A stretch of DNA of 62,015 nt, filler included, from Choristocarpus tenellus KU-1152 (Eukaryota > Protista > Phaeophyceae): assembly GCA_964200185.2 (NCBI GenBank). It is 14 parts of 14 records of this genome, joined end to end, with 100 filler letters (N's around TTAATTAATTAA, not from the genome) between each part and the next. Parts side by side here need not be neighbours in the genome. Positions count along the whole stretch, not along the records: positions 1 to 8,422 come from CAXNAD020004731.1; positions 8,523 to 12,312 come from CAXNAD020017904.1; positions 12,413 to 15,316 come from CAXNAD020023767.1; 11 more parts are not named here. One strand, 5' to 3'. The translations under genes and the position numbers were made by a program. Every line of letters begins with the position of its first letter. Position 1 is the stretch's first letter. A model generated the notes under the pieces. The model was given only the letters and a program-made list of their open reading frames with translations, ran no database searches and was not told the origin of the DNA. Shown piece after piece: positions 1 to 12,662 of this stretch.

Positions 1-71
1 TACATCGAAATGGCAAACTGGATTATGGCCCCCAAATGGACGCGGCTCTACCCTCTAAGATACTTTGGCTC
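1..71. mobile_element. MITE family A, terminal fragment
   Basis: Ends in ...CCCAAATGGACGCGGCTCTACCCTCTAAGATACTTTGGCTC, the family A terminus also seen at 394, 3512, 15417 and 61950. Confidence 0.85.
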
Positions 72-393
72 AACTCCTGAGATATTTTCTTTTTCCACCT
101 CCCATTTTCAAGAAAAAAGTTGAATATTTCAAGAGGTCGAAAGAAAACAAAACATGAGGAGACAACAAGCACAATAGCGGCAGCAATAACATAGCCTTTA
201 CTGTGACAAAGACCTTCCTATATATTAATACACCTACGAATAGTTGTTTCTTGTGTTACATATACTAGTTCCTATTTCAATAAGAGAGCGTTAGATGATG
301 ATATATGCCATAAGACTAGCACTATGAAATGCAGACTAGAAATGAGGGGAAGATCCTGGGAGTACTCCGCCTGGCCCACTGAACCAAAGATCT

Positions 394-652
394 GAGCCAA
401 AGTATCTTGGAGGGTAGGGTCGCGTCCACTTGGGGGCCAAAACCCAATGTTGAGATTTTGATGTAATTTTGGCTATCGTATTTGGTAGTAGGTGCCAATA
501 TCCTTGTTCCGGACACACCTTTTCATAACGTATACATTTTGCCTACTCCTGAACATTTTGGAGTAGGAAAATGTCTACCAAAAAAACATGGGAAGCCAAG
601 CCCCAAATGGACAAACAGGGCAAAACTCGTACCCTCTGAAATATTTTCACTC
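394..652. mobile_element. MITE family A (~255 bp, PIF/Harbinger-like)
   Basis: Imperfect TIRs GAGCCAAAGTATCTTGGAGGGTA ... TACCCTCTGAAATATTTTCACTC; collinear with the other copies. Confidence 0.85.
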
Positions 653-864
653 ACTGATTCATTATTTCCAGCTTAACTTTCTTCTAAACCTCCTGCTTCC
701 CTACCACCCACCATGTACTTATATGAGCTACTACATCATCCAGAAGTTACTCTGCCAGTGTCTGTGTGCGGGAACACCTGATAACATCTACAACGAAAGA
801 AAGGAGTTCAGACCCGAACTGCAAGGAAGGGTTCAAAGTTCCTTTCTAGTTATTGTGTTTACAG

Positions 865-1463
865 GCCTCGTGTACACCAGTAGCCCTGCCGATATTGGAT
901 GAGGATGCCTATGGTACGTGGCAGTCAGCCTGAACCCCAGTAATGATCAGATCCAGGAGGAGGTCCTTCCTTGTCCCATTTGGCTAGTTAGTGCTCCCTG
1001 ATGTGGACTACCACCACACCCTTGCGGAAATTTCAGTCAATGGTGAGCTTTGCAGTGATTGGGTCTCTATGTTTAGTTTAGCTGAAGGAGTCTAATCAGT
1101 ATCATAATCGAGCTCTTTCGATTGGTTGGTTGCTTCCTCGTGTTTGTCTGTACTCACGCTCAGCTAGATATCTCTAATGCCTTGCCTCACAACAATTCAT
1201 TTCCAATTTTTCTCACAGCATGTCACAAGAGCACCTATTTTTTTCAAAATATATACACAAAAGTTGTTGAACCAATTAAATTTATTGTACGTCTGACGAT
1301 ATTGATGCTGCTGTCACAGCTGAGATCAACTGGTCGCAGATCCAACAGGCGTGAGGATGTTTCTGCAAGTGGCACAGCCAAGAGCTCTATAACCGAATCA
1401 TAGATGTATTACTCAAGTTCAAGGAGAAATGGAAGCTAAAGAAGACCGAAGTACAGGATAGAG
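865..1463 (+). pseudogene. Putative exons (865-913, 1320-1463) of an unidentified gene, with an in-frame TGA at 1352
   Basis: Phase-compatible AG/GT boundaries give ASCTPVALPILDEDAY|AEINWSQIQQA*GCFCKWHSQELYNRIIDVLLKFKEKWKLKKTEVQDR; no family recognised. Confidence 0.3.
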
Positions 1464-2419
1464 GTAGGTCATGTGGCTGAGTGGCATGGATATTTCTCCT
1501 CCAAAAACTTCATGCCGAGTTCCACACCCTACACCACAACCTCCTGACTCCTCCTTTCTCCTTTGAGCTTCGCTTTTTTATTGATGCACCCACCTTCCTT
1601 CTGTTCAATTTTATGTTTCAGGGCCATAGTATCCTAGAGGGTGGGGGGGTTTAGACTAGGCCGTCCATTCGGGGCTTTGTGGGGTGTTGTAACACATCCC
1701 AGTTCAATACCCATTTTGAAGGGGAATTTCCTTCGGACTGGTCCAAGCAAGGAGATGGAAAAGGGAGGTGCCTCTAGATAAGGGAAATTGCCCTTATATC
1801 CGACACTTTCACTCAAATGACAAGAAAATCACAGCAGGGACACATGACCCCCCCGCTAGGATACTATGGGTCTTCATTTCATTTTGTTTCTTTTTTTTCC
1901 TCTACACTTCGTGCAGGGTCTGAGAAGCTTCAGACAAATCATGAAGTTCAACAACACAGTAAATTAGTTTCTCCAACGAACAGCCGCAGTACAAGATGTT
2001 ACAATGCACTTAGGGCTTAGTGTGCCCATAACGATTTGTCTACTGATGTACCACGGACCCCTAGTCTAATTACATAAAATCATTTTTTCTGTCCTGCCTT
2101 CGAACTTCCACCCTGCAGCTGCTTAGGAGGACTCAGTGGTTGTCCCAACAAGAGTCTTGTTTAATTACCAACTGCTACTTCCTCTTCACTCCGATCTTCA
2201 TCTGACATCTGAGCTTCCTTGCACTACTTCTTTTTGTCCTCTCTATCCATTTCGTGCCTGTACTGCCTAACCCCACCCACCCCTCCCTTTGAAAATTTCG
2301 CAGCTTTCATCGGATCAATTCCATGTACACATCCTCTTCGCCCCCACAGTCAGCACGATTCCTGGTCACACAGCACCGTGCACTCATGCATTACTCCACT
2401 TCCTCCTGATGACTCCTTT

Positions 2420-5400
2420 TCAACGAGTGGATACTTGTGCAAGTTGTTGTTCAATCTGCTCTTCCAGGTTAGCCTTGTGGGCAGATAAAGTATGCACGGC
2501 TGTCCATAACTCCTGTAAAATGAATGCACTATTGTTGTTATTATTTGTTGGTGATATGTGTATTTGTGTTTCAATATATACATACATATACATATATCTG
2601 TATGTATAAGATTGAACCGTGTGGTTTGGTACATTGAATGAAGGTAGAGTGGGTCAAGTACGGTGGTTTTCTGGGAAAGTGTTGCACATGTTCAAATCTA
2701 CGATTTCCAACTGCACTAGACAACAAAGCAGTGTGTGCTTGGAACTGAGAAGAGTTTATCGGGTATTCTCTCTTTTTCTTTGCAAGTGGTGTGCTGCAAA
2801 TGCTTGGCTACAGAAAGGTTAGGTGCAGTCCCCTTTACCTCTGACACCAAGAGCAAGAGGCTTCGGCTAGGGAATAATTGGAAGGAGATTTTGTCGTAGA
2901 TTCCTGAGCACACTATTTTCGTGGACAAGAGCATTAGCATAATTTCTCAGGAAAAAATCAATAATCCAAAGTGATACACAGCCTGCCTGAAAAAAAAAAT
3001 ATATCGCCTCAAATCCCCCTTACCCCAATAGTCTCCGCAGCAGATGCTAGACTGCCAGCCTTTGCATCCTCCTCCACCTCATTGTAGGATGTTGAAAGTG
3101 ATGCCCCAGTTTCCTGCACTTTAAGGGTGCACCCTCCAGCGCCTGGACTATTGGTGATTGCCTTTGGGAGGCTTGAGCTTAGCGTGAACTATATGTGCAG
3201 GTCAGGACAAAGCAAAATGTGACGGGGGATGCAAGATCGACAATGAAATAGTAGTAGTATAATGGGATTAGAGTTAAGTTTAGATTTTTAGTCTATTTTG
3301 TTGCTGCAATTATTGCTGTCCTTACGTGTGCAGATATACTCTGTAGACTGTTATCTGTGTAAGTAGTGAAGACTCGTCCAGGATAGGAGTCAAGATAGGA
3401 AAGGATAGGGGAGCCTCATATAGTCCCCTTGACAAAACGATATGGATGGTGAAAAGAAGGGAGTGGCCTTGTAAATGAGCTCTCTTCATGTGTCTATTAT
3501 CACTTATCTAAGAGCCAAAGTATCTTAGAGGGTAGAGCCGCGTCCATTTGGGGGTCAAAATCTAATGTTGCAATTTTGATGTAATTTTTGCCCTTTTGTT
3601 TGTTAGGAAGTGTCAATATCCATGTTCTGGACACACCTTTTCATTATGTATCCGACTCCAAAACATTTTGGAGTAGGAAAATGTAATAAAAAACCCCATG
3701 GGAAGCCAAGCCCCAAATGGATAAGCAGGGCAAAACTCGTACCCTCTAAGATACTTTCACTCTAACAGAGGATTCCTCCACTTCAATTAAAGTATGATGT
3801 ATTGGTCGTACAGGAGATATACTGCTATGACTTCACATCAGTACAACGACAAAAATACAGTACATTGTCAATCAAATGTACAGTCATCCTAATATTCTGC
3901 ATACTCGACCATCAGAGGACAGACAAATCAAAGTTGATGGACTCTTGAACCCTCACACAAGTCTTATCAACTCAGAACAAATAAACTTATGTACTTGTAA
4001 CTTCAGAATCTGAATATACAAATGACTAGTCCACATAAATAAACCAGAAAAGCATCTGCCTGGATGGCCCCACAGTTGTCAGTAAACCTAGGAAGTAGCC
4101 CCTTATTACAGATCATTCTCCCCCAAAATCCGCGATGGTCTTCCAAGATGTTCCTAGCTGTGGTCGTTAAGCAATATGGATCATCATCCGTGTCTGCTCC
4201 CAGGAAATTAACTGTAGCAACATTACATCCTTCCAATCCTTCTCTATCATCAGCGTTGATCCCTGTAGTCAGTCTGGGTTACTCACTCAGTCTTGTAGAG
4301 ATTGACATTGCTGATGGTCAGTAGAGTCTCATGCAATATTTGCAGGTTTGCACACCGGCGGTGCCCAAAACAAATCACTCGGGTTCTGCAACTAAAACCA
4401 GTCTCAGAGCATCTACCCAAGTCCTCATCAGAATAATCCCCTTCATTGTCAGACAAGGAGATGATGTCTCCTTCCCCAACAAATCCTTAGTCCATGTGTA
4501 TCCTTAAAATACCACCTGGTCAGAAACAACTGGTTTAACCATAAGGAAGCCAAACATGCCAGCTGAGGAATGTCCAGTCATGTCTCACCACAAATTCGTG
4601 CTTGGCTTACGAATGTAACTTCGAAGCTGCACCTCTCTGCTGCTTGTCCTAGTGTACGCAGCACTCATCCCCCCAACCTCAGATTCTGTCTAAATTAAAT
4701 GCTTTGCCTGTCAAGTGCTCGAATGATGTTTCACTGATAAGGTACTTGGGTGGCATCCCCCCTGTCTTGAAGGTCGCATTCATGAGCGCAAAGAACCACT
4801 ACTTATACCTCAGGCTACCTTTCACCAGGCATCTCCTAGCAGCCTTCATACCCTGCCTGATAGAGCAGCACATGATTCTGTTGCTTTTAAAGTTTTTGCA
4901 GAGGTGACCTCTTCCATCTAATTCTATTGTCAGCCAACATCCTCTGGAACTTGGCTGATGACCTTCCAAGTTCGCCAGCTCCGTAGTCATTGGCATGCTT
5001 CACTACGGCTCCTTGGGAAAAAGTTCGTGGATGTCAAAAAAGAAGAGAGTGACTCATATGTGACCTTTCATCCTGTATCTTGCCTCTTTATTATCTATAA
5101 AAGCATATATATGTCAGGAACATGTACCCTTTTAGGATCTTCCACACACTGATGTGGATAATGAGCGCTGTTGTAGACACTTTCGCGCGCCGCCTTTTGT
5201 CATTGAGGTCAGTCAAGGTGACGTGGTTTGGGTCAGACGCATGACCGACTGTTGGTATCCCCGATATGAATGGTGGATTCAAACCAGCAATGGCGGGGGT
5301 TCTTAAGTTATATTGAATTGGCTTTTCCCCTGACACATTTGCAAAATGTCAGAGTGCATAATAATCATAAATATTGTATGATCAGGATTGTGTTTTCTGT

Positions 5401-8129
5401 TCTGACTGGTTGCAACCAATTACAGTGGAGATGAATCAAACACAGTACATTGAGGTTGTCGATATACGCCCAGCATGTCTTCCCAGCATGCCTTATCTTC
5501 CCAGCATGCCTTAGCCCCTTAGCCCCATTTCCCACTTCCTTCCTGATTCTCATCTCTGGTGGTTCTCATCGCCCTCTATCACACGGAACTAGAATGCAAA
5601 ACAGCGGTACTCACGCCAGGACTCGAACTCGAGATCTTGACTGAAACGGAACCAAACTATTATAATAACATGTACATAAGACTCCTTCATCCCGCGATAA
5701 ATATGAAGTACTCCCCATAGAACAAATGTACTGCTTTGTCTACTACATTAGCATGGTCTAACTAAAATCCAATAAGTCACCAATCGACTACTGTTGTACA
5801 GAAGTCCTACTATTCTGTACAACAGTGTTCCTACTGCTACTGTAATACCATACACAACCACCCTTTGATCTTACAATATTCATATCACTGTGTAGTATAG
5901 TTAGTATTAGTTGGACATGGATGCAGCACACCACAAACGGTAACTCAGATGCATCATTTGTGTTCACGACACTAGGATTTAATTTATGTATTTGATATGG
6001 AACAAAATGTACCAGTGTATAGTGGAATTGATTAGACTACCCCTTTGAATAATGTCAAAGAAACATGGAGAGAGGGCTACATTGTGCAAGTTTGGAAGGT
6101 CCTCTTGAGGTCTCGTTGAGGAGTTGTACTTTTGTTTTGCATTGACAGGGCGAACCAGTACTTATTTTTTCCTGAAAACTCCAAAGAAGTCAAGTATTGA
6201 ACATTTAGTGGTAGCATGAACATCAACAGCATTGGATGTAGAATACTGGATAGAAAACCTGGAATTTCACTTTGGCGGGGACAGCAAGGAATTGAAATTT
6301 GAATGTTACTTATCATACAACAATACACAACAGCACATACCAAAAGATGGCAGCAATGGGATCTGTATAATGCATAGTAGTAGCTCTAAGGGATTAGAGG
6401 TCTAAATGCTCATATGGACATCACTTTGTTGTCTGCGGTGCCTCATGTGGTACCAAGTCAAACTGGCTCACTTTGCAGTTTGCCTTGACATGCACCCAAT
6501 ACTTTGATCCCTGACCCGTAAGGAGGGTTGTGGGCACAATAGCATACTGTCCAGGGCAAATATTGATGCAGGCAGTGACATCCCGACAGGGCTGGAAGGG
6601 GTGGGTGATGTGCACTGACTGGTCCTGTCGATGGAGAGGAATGATTGTACAGACACTGGGGTCAACATGGACAGTACAAACCGTAATGGGTAGATGAAGG
6701 GGTTGATGTAATGTTGTTAAGCGTTTGCTTTGGTGGTTATATGGTGAGGTCGGGAGAGTCCAAGAGGTTGAAATGGGCTGAGCTTGTCATTGTCTCCATC
6801 TTTTAGGCTTTTTTTGAAACACTGTTATTCGCACCTGATTAATCTTCACAACCTTGGGGATATCGAGTTTGGATTTCAATGACCATTTATGCTTTTGGAC
6901 TGCAAAACCTGTATTTAAATGGCGTGATAGGAAGATGGCAATGTTAACAACCTCCCTGGACTTCGAGATATTTAGTAAAACCACGTACTTCAAAGTATTG
7001 AATATCAAGTACAGCATCTCAACGTCGCCATGGAGGGCGGCTCATATGTAAGAGTGGATCTACAGGGGGGACTGCATGATAATGGCGATTCTAATAACAA
7101 TTTGTGTTAGAACAAATAAATGTGGTATTGCTGGTGGGACTTAGTGTATAGAACACACACACACACACACACACACAGGTCGCGACCGATGCACCCTTTA
7201 CCCTTATAGAAACAATTTTTGGAATGCTTTTTCAAGTAGGCACTCTTCCACTCTGATCTGGCACCTGCACTCACTCATCTTTTCCCTTCAAAAAATCAAC
7301 TCCACAAATAGCTTGTCAGGTTTAGTATCACTCACCAATACACCGATCTCTCTCTGCCCTCATGGTGTAGTCCTGACCGTGATACCTCGAGTCCTCTTGG
7401 GTCAGCTGTGGCATGGGTATCATGCAAGACAAACAAACAATGGATAAGTTAATGGTTTCAAATACAGCCAACCCCTTCCTGGGGTTGGGGGGGGATTTCT
7501 GGAAGCATCCACAACATGCCCATTGTTCTTGAGGAACTTGAGCAAACGATAATTAAGCCTTTATACATCTTAGAGGGATTCCGACAATTTGAAATTGGGC
7601 TATGCTGATCATTAAGTCTGATTTGCATGTCAGGTGGGAACTCTTGCAACGAAGATATGTGCCAAAGACAAATTCCAGGAAGTTTATTATATCTGGAGGA
7701 GACAAGCCGGGTGTAAATTCTGCCAGTGAAAAAGAAAGCGGACATCAAGTATGAGGTAGAATGTCCTCTTTACTACCTTTAGATGAACCGAAAAATACTA
7801 GTTTTATGTATTGCTATGCCCATAAATGTAGAGGGAAATAGAAGCAGAGGTGCCAATTTAGAACTTCAATAACAGCGGAGGTCCTCCTCTTGTACTCCAT
7901 ATCTGTCAACAAGGTGAGGGACTGCATTGGTGGACAAGCTTGTCAAGTGCTGAACATTAAATTTTAGCCTTCCCTCCCAGTCCCCCCACAGTAGCATCTC
8001 ACTGTTATCACCACTTCAGCCTCCTCCTCATTGTTAAATGTTTGCTTGTTGTCCTTTATATCATCGTCTGGTGGCTGAATGTGCAGGAATATTTGAGTAC
8101 CCAACAGCCACCCCGTGCCACTGCTGAAC
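2420..8129 (-). CDS. Calpain-family protein, 3' part (domain III plus acidic/coiled-coil tail); exons 8129-8003, 7405-7336, 6908-6835, 6624-6472, 3188-3024, 2512-2420
   Basis: All junctions are GT-AG and in phase. The product shows the calpain domain III pattern: QIFLHI...EVVITLTQEDSR...IGFAV...RDVTACINICPGQYAIVPTT...YWVHV. Stop TGA at 2422-2420; 5' part lies beyond the spacer. Confidence 0.7.
3512..3762. mobile_element. MITE family A with TAA target-site duplication
   Basis: taa|GAGCCAAAGTATCTTAGAGGGTA ... TACCCTCTAAGATACTTTCACTC|taa; lies in a calpain intron. Confidence 0.9.
3850..5090 (-). pseudogene. Heavily decayed LTR-retrotransposon (copia-like gag/protease) remnant in a calpain intron
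   Basis: Broken frames contain NKGATS/FTDN, resembling the copia protease DSGATSHMT motif; many stops; motif match is weak. Confidence 0.3.
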
Positions 8130-8221
8130 CTGAGCCATAAAAAAAAAGAGGATATGATTAGTTCTCGACTAAGATCCTCTATCACCACTGGCTCCATTTG
8201 TTCTGACTCTACTTGAAAATT

Positions 8222-8402
8222 GGACCCAAAGCATCTGGGGGGGGGGGAGTCTACACTAGGGTGTCCACTTGACCCAAAATCAGGAAGAGTGCATTTACAT
8301 TATCCACCCGATATATGCAACCAAATCACCCAAAAATCGCAACATGAAAAATTACCCCCAAACGGACAACTGACACCACCCCCCCCCCAGATAAATTGGG
8401 CT
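8222..8402. mobile_element. MITE family B (~165-185 bp, poly-G/poly-C TIRs)
   Basis: GACCCAAAGCATCTGGGGGG ... CCCCCCAGATA; collinear with copies at 28455, 34806, 59045 and 60577. Confidence 0.8.
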
Positions 8403-8422
8403 ATGCTTAAAGATAGAACAAA

Positions 8423-8522
8423 NNNNNNNNNNNNNNNNNNNNNNNNNNNNNNNNNNNNNNNNNNNNTTAATTAATTAANNNNNNNNNNNNNNNNNNNNNN
8501 NNNNNNNNNNNNNNNNNNNNNN
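8423..8522. other. Artificial 100-bp spacer (44N-TTAATTAATTAA-44N); also at 12313, 15317, 20220, 24360, 27734, 30592, 38596, 42106, 45030, 50087, 53249, 59205
   Basis: Identical length and central all-frame-stop palindrome at all 13 sites. Confidence 0.98.
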
Positions 8523-9110
8523 CAGAGACTGGAACCTGCTGCCAAAACCATGAGTTGACAGACGGCATGCATTGTTTCTGTGGGAAGTACACAGGAGTAT
8601 GGAGACAATAATCTTGGCATTTTTTACAGCATCGATCATGATGCAAATATTCTTCATCCAATGTGTGTGGTCGCAGAAATGTGCAAGATGTTGATTCTGT
8701 AGTGTGCATGGTGCCTAAAGATTTAGCAAGCAATGTGTGAGGTGCACTTATGATACAGTTTTGTTGTTTTCTCCGGGGAGTTTGTTCACTGTATGTCTGG
8801 AGCATGACTGACTGGAACTATCTCAGGTCACTGAGCCTTCTGTGACTTTTGTGTCTTCTTATCACCTTCATATTCCTCTGGAGTATGCCCCACTATTTTA
8901 CCCCCTACTACCCCTGAATGACCCAGTCAGGGTTGGTTCATGGCAACCCCTACTCCCACCTACCATGCAACCAACACCCCTCGTCAAGCAGGCCTTCCAA
9001 ATGGTTCACTCATTCTTCATCCCTTGTACCCTACTCTGCAGCCATCGTTGTTTGTCCTACCAACCTGACAGAGATGAGTCTTACCATCTTGTTTGTTGCT
9101 GACCTTGCAG

Positions 9111-9344
9111 TTTGCTCGAGGAGCAGCATTTGCACCCAGGGAGGAAATTCCTGCTGCAGCTGTGGTCCTTGCCACAGATACACTACTCAGAACAGGCTTC
9201 GAGACAAGGGGGCGTACTTTTGAGGAGGAATTGCACTCAGATACCCGACCCATTGAGAAGGCTCTAACTGGTGCTTTGACTGCAGCAGTTACAAGACGTA
9301 CTCAAGCGCAGGTCGGACTGGGAACACGTTCGTTGAACATGTAA
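9111..9344 (+). CDS. Putative terminal exon of an unknown gene
   Basis: Acceptor ccttgcag followed by an open, protein-like frame FARGAAFAPREEIP...GTRSLNM*. Confidence 0.4.
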   Translation, partial: FARGAAFAPREEIPAAAVVLATDTLLRTGFETRGRTFEEELHSDTRPIEKALTGALTAAVTRRTQAQVGLGTRSLNM

Positions 9345-12300
9345 AGGGTGGCATGGAGAGGTCAGAGGGCAATATGGAGTGAAGAACCTCGACGGGTTAA
9401 GAAGAATGGGAACCTTCATTGGCAAGAGTGGGAATTGGGGCATTATTGCAATGCGGATGTGGGCTTAGATGTGGACAGCTGTGAGAGAGGGATCAGGTTG
9501 ATGCCAGAGATGCACGGGTTCAAGGAGTGATAGGAACAAAACTAGGTATGGGGACAAGGAGGCGAGCTGGAGGTTTGTATGTAGAAGTCGTGTTGCAAGT
9601 AGTTTGTACACCCCTCTAACTATGAATCGATGTTTGAGAAGGGAGTCCCTGGGACTGTGGTTAGTTGTGAAGGGTTGTTGAGTAGTAAGTTGACTTTTTT
9701 ATCGTTGTGTAGTAGAGCAGGTAATAACGTTGAGCAGATGGGTTACGTCATAACCATTATGCCATGCACTTATTTTGTTGTGGCTGTCTCTGTTGTGTTA
9801 TTTTTGTGGAGATGTCCATGTATGCATGTGTGTTAAAACCTTGTTTCAAGGAGGTGGAATGCTTCTATTTATATTCTCTTTTGGTGGGTAGCACCTCCTT
9901 TGCCCTTTGAAGTCGTTAGCTGATTCAGTCAAGAAGTAGATTTCTTTGTTTTCATTTGATTGACCTATTTTGAAGAGTGCAGGAGGTAATTTTACAAAGC
10001 ACAGTCTTGAGCTGATGAACAACTGTGTTCAGTTATCAAATATCTGACCATCAGACCAGAGAGTTCAAGGAAGGCACAAAGGTTTACCTGCTTTTTTGGA
10101 AGCATTTATTTCTCCAGTATGTCATCTCAGCTCTCCCGGAATGTGTTCTTATGTAGTGTTTCTGATGATCCTAGTCTCATATGTGTTGCAAAGATGAATA
10201 GAAGTGCAACACAACATAAGCTTCACAGTAGGGATCGAATTGAATGCCCTTCCCAGGTCAATCCATATCTGAACACTACCAAATCAAAATATACAGGGAT
10301 ACATAGAAACGCCTCAGGTACACCCTGTAACTATAATTCTGCAACTAAAAAACTCTTGCCCCCGCTCCCACATACACGAAAACAACTACTGCACCTGCAA
10401 ATTCGACAATATGTTACCTTCATGCCATAAGACTGTTCCGTGTTGTCCATAATTTTTGAAGGTGATGAAATTCATTTCTGAAAGATTTGGAATCCTTGAC
10501 GAATTTCTGGTTAGGTTCAGGTCTTTTTATTATTATTACTCCCCATGCGTCACAATTTTATCAGCCACAGAAAAAGCCTCCATGTCTACCTTCAGCGTGT
10601 TTTCAAGCTCACCAGACAACTGCCTCTTCCTTACCCCTGTGCGCTCCTCACTGAAGTCATTCCCCCCTTTGTATCTAAGTACTTGGTTGTACACCACAAA
10701 ACGGAGCTGCCAAGCCCTCTCAAGTGGGGTTTTATCATACTCATATTGTTTCTAATGAACTTCACCATCTCCTACACGGACCCAAACTGCTTCCCCATCA
10801 CCTGGCATTTCAAAGACCTGAAGAAGCAAATGTACATGATATTGAGGTCAAAGGAGTTAAAAGGTTGCGTCATTCTCCATACCTTTTGCCATGGTATAAG
10901 CTTTTGTTTGATCTAGTGGCGACTTGGCATGGCCCCCATATCATCCAACCACCTGTTTATGATGCTCATGGTATAATTCAGCCCCTTGGCGGCCATCTTC
11001 ATTGTCACCTGACGCACTGTGGATGACGCATTATTGGAGTCGATACTATGTATTGCGACCATCTTTGTCGGTGTGAGCTCCAAAGGCCGCCCACCACGTG
11101 CCGTCACCTCTAGGTCAAGTGTGTGGCCATGGGCAAGTTGATCGATGACGTCCTCCCAGAGTCCTCACATGTAACGCTTGGACACTCCAAACACCGCTGT
11201 GAGGGCCGGCTCAACATGTCGCGGCAGTTTATGCTCACCAGGGACTGTCACGTGGCCGTGCCCCACTGCAAGCGCAACCCTGGTATTCAAGGACACTTGG
11301 GGACCCTTCCTACGTGGGGGGGTTGATGGGGAGGTTGCCATGCCGATGTTCTGACCCTCAACATGCCCAGTTCTGGGCTCAAAATCACCCCAAAAGAACC
11401 CTACTTTGACGGCTTGAAGCACCTTGAGTGTGTACCTGATGATCCTCGACCCCCACGTTTTCTGAAAGCTGAGATTGTCAACCCCATATCATTCTGTGGG
11501 GTTATCGTCCAATTTAGTTAGCACCATTCTTGCTCAGCGAGCCCAGATGTTTCACGCACAAATGTATGGCACAGAGGTGGTAATATCTTCACCCAATCAG
11601 ATTGTCTACACACATTTGACCTATGTAGACCTATCAACCCAACCTTTTGTTTCAAATTGCAGCTACCTGATAAGGGTACGTATGTCAGTCAAAGTTTAAC
11701 TTACCACTGGAGTGCGAGAACTGCAATACTACCCCTCCGACTTCAATCTTCCTTGCTCCCTAACTCCATATCTTTGTCATTTCAAGAACAAAGGGGGGTT
11801 GTACCCAACTCTTTGCGATGAACAGCCGATCATCAAAATTGAGGATGAGCAAGTCGCGGATTGGTGTGCAGAAAGAATACATACGTTTTTTTTGTATGTT
11901 GCGGCACTTTTGAAGGCCCCGCTACGAATAGGAATCCATCCCGATGAAGGTGATAGTAGGACAGTGTGTGGGGGGCGGCAACAATTTCGTTTGATCGTTG
12001 TGTACATGTATGCCCTGCGTTGGCTTGCTTGCTTGAATTGAAAGCGCGTTCGTGATCAAACTCTTTGTTCAACACCATTATTCTATGGTTTCAATCCAGT
12101 GTGCATCCTTGAACGGTAAGCGCGGTGTCGGCAGTGAGCTGGTCCCCGTTGCCTAAGCAGTCTCGTTAGATGACGATGGACGGAGCAAACTGCTCGAGCC
12201 GGCCCTCTTCACGGATAGACTTGCTGACGCATACAAGGCCACGCTCGCTCAGGGGCCGCACCATCTCCGTGCACGTGATGTTGCCGAGTTTCATCTTGTA

Positions 12301-12474
12301 CATGCCAAGAGANNNNNNNNNNNNNNNNNNNNNNNNNNNNNNNNNNNNNNNNNNNNTTAATTAATTAANNNNNNNNNNNNNNNNNNNNNNNNNNNNNNNN
12401 NNNNNNNNNNNNGGGGCGGTCGACAGTGTGTGTGGGCTCGGCGCCCCCCCCCCGGGCCCCCAATCTGTCAAAAG

Positions 12475-12662
12475 GTTAGCAGCTATGGTGGGGAATGGTG
12501 ATGATAAGAACAAGCAGTTGAGTTACGGGGACATTTCGCAGGAGCTGCTGGGTCGGCTCGAGGAGTTGCACTGGAGTGAAGATAAGGGGGCGTTCTTGGA
12601 CTACGGTCTGCACACAGCCCAGGGGCAAGTTGCTACTGAGGGGGTGATGCGCTGCAGGGGAG
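12475..12662 (+). CDS. MOGS: Internal exon of mannosyl-oligosaccharide glucosidase (glucosidase I, GH63)
   Basis: LEELHWSEDKGAFLDYGLHT matches the GH63 LDELHW...xDFGxHT segment; donor G|GTAGGT. Confidence 0.75.

Noticed and set aside
322-676. Short ORFs overlapping MITE copies (also 32023, 51873, 59775)
   Set aside because: Chance ORFs in non-coding repeats; not conserved between copies
865-960. Second TGA-Gly-Cys motif (ADIG*GCLW) suggesting a multi-Sec protein
   Set aside because: Another frame is open up to a good GTACGT donor at 914, so no readthrough is needed
5600-5655. tRNA gene on the minus strand (GTTCGAGTCC B-box-like)
   Set aside because: No cloverleaf or A-box could be built; at most a SINE/tRNA-derived scrap
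8467-8478. Repeated TTAATTAATTAA palindrome as a biological motif
   Set aside because: Always centred in 100-bp N spacers; an artificial all-frame-stop linker
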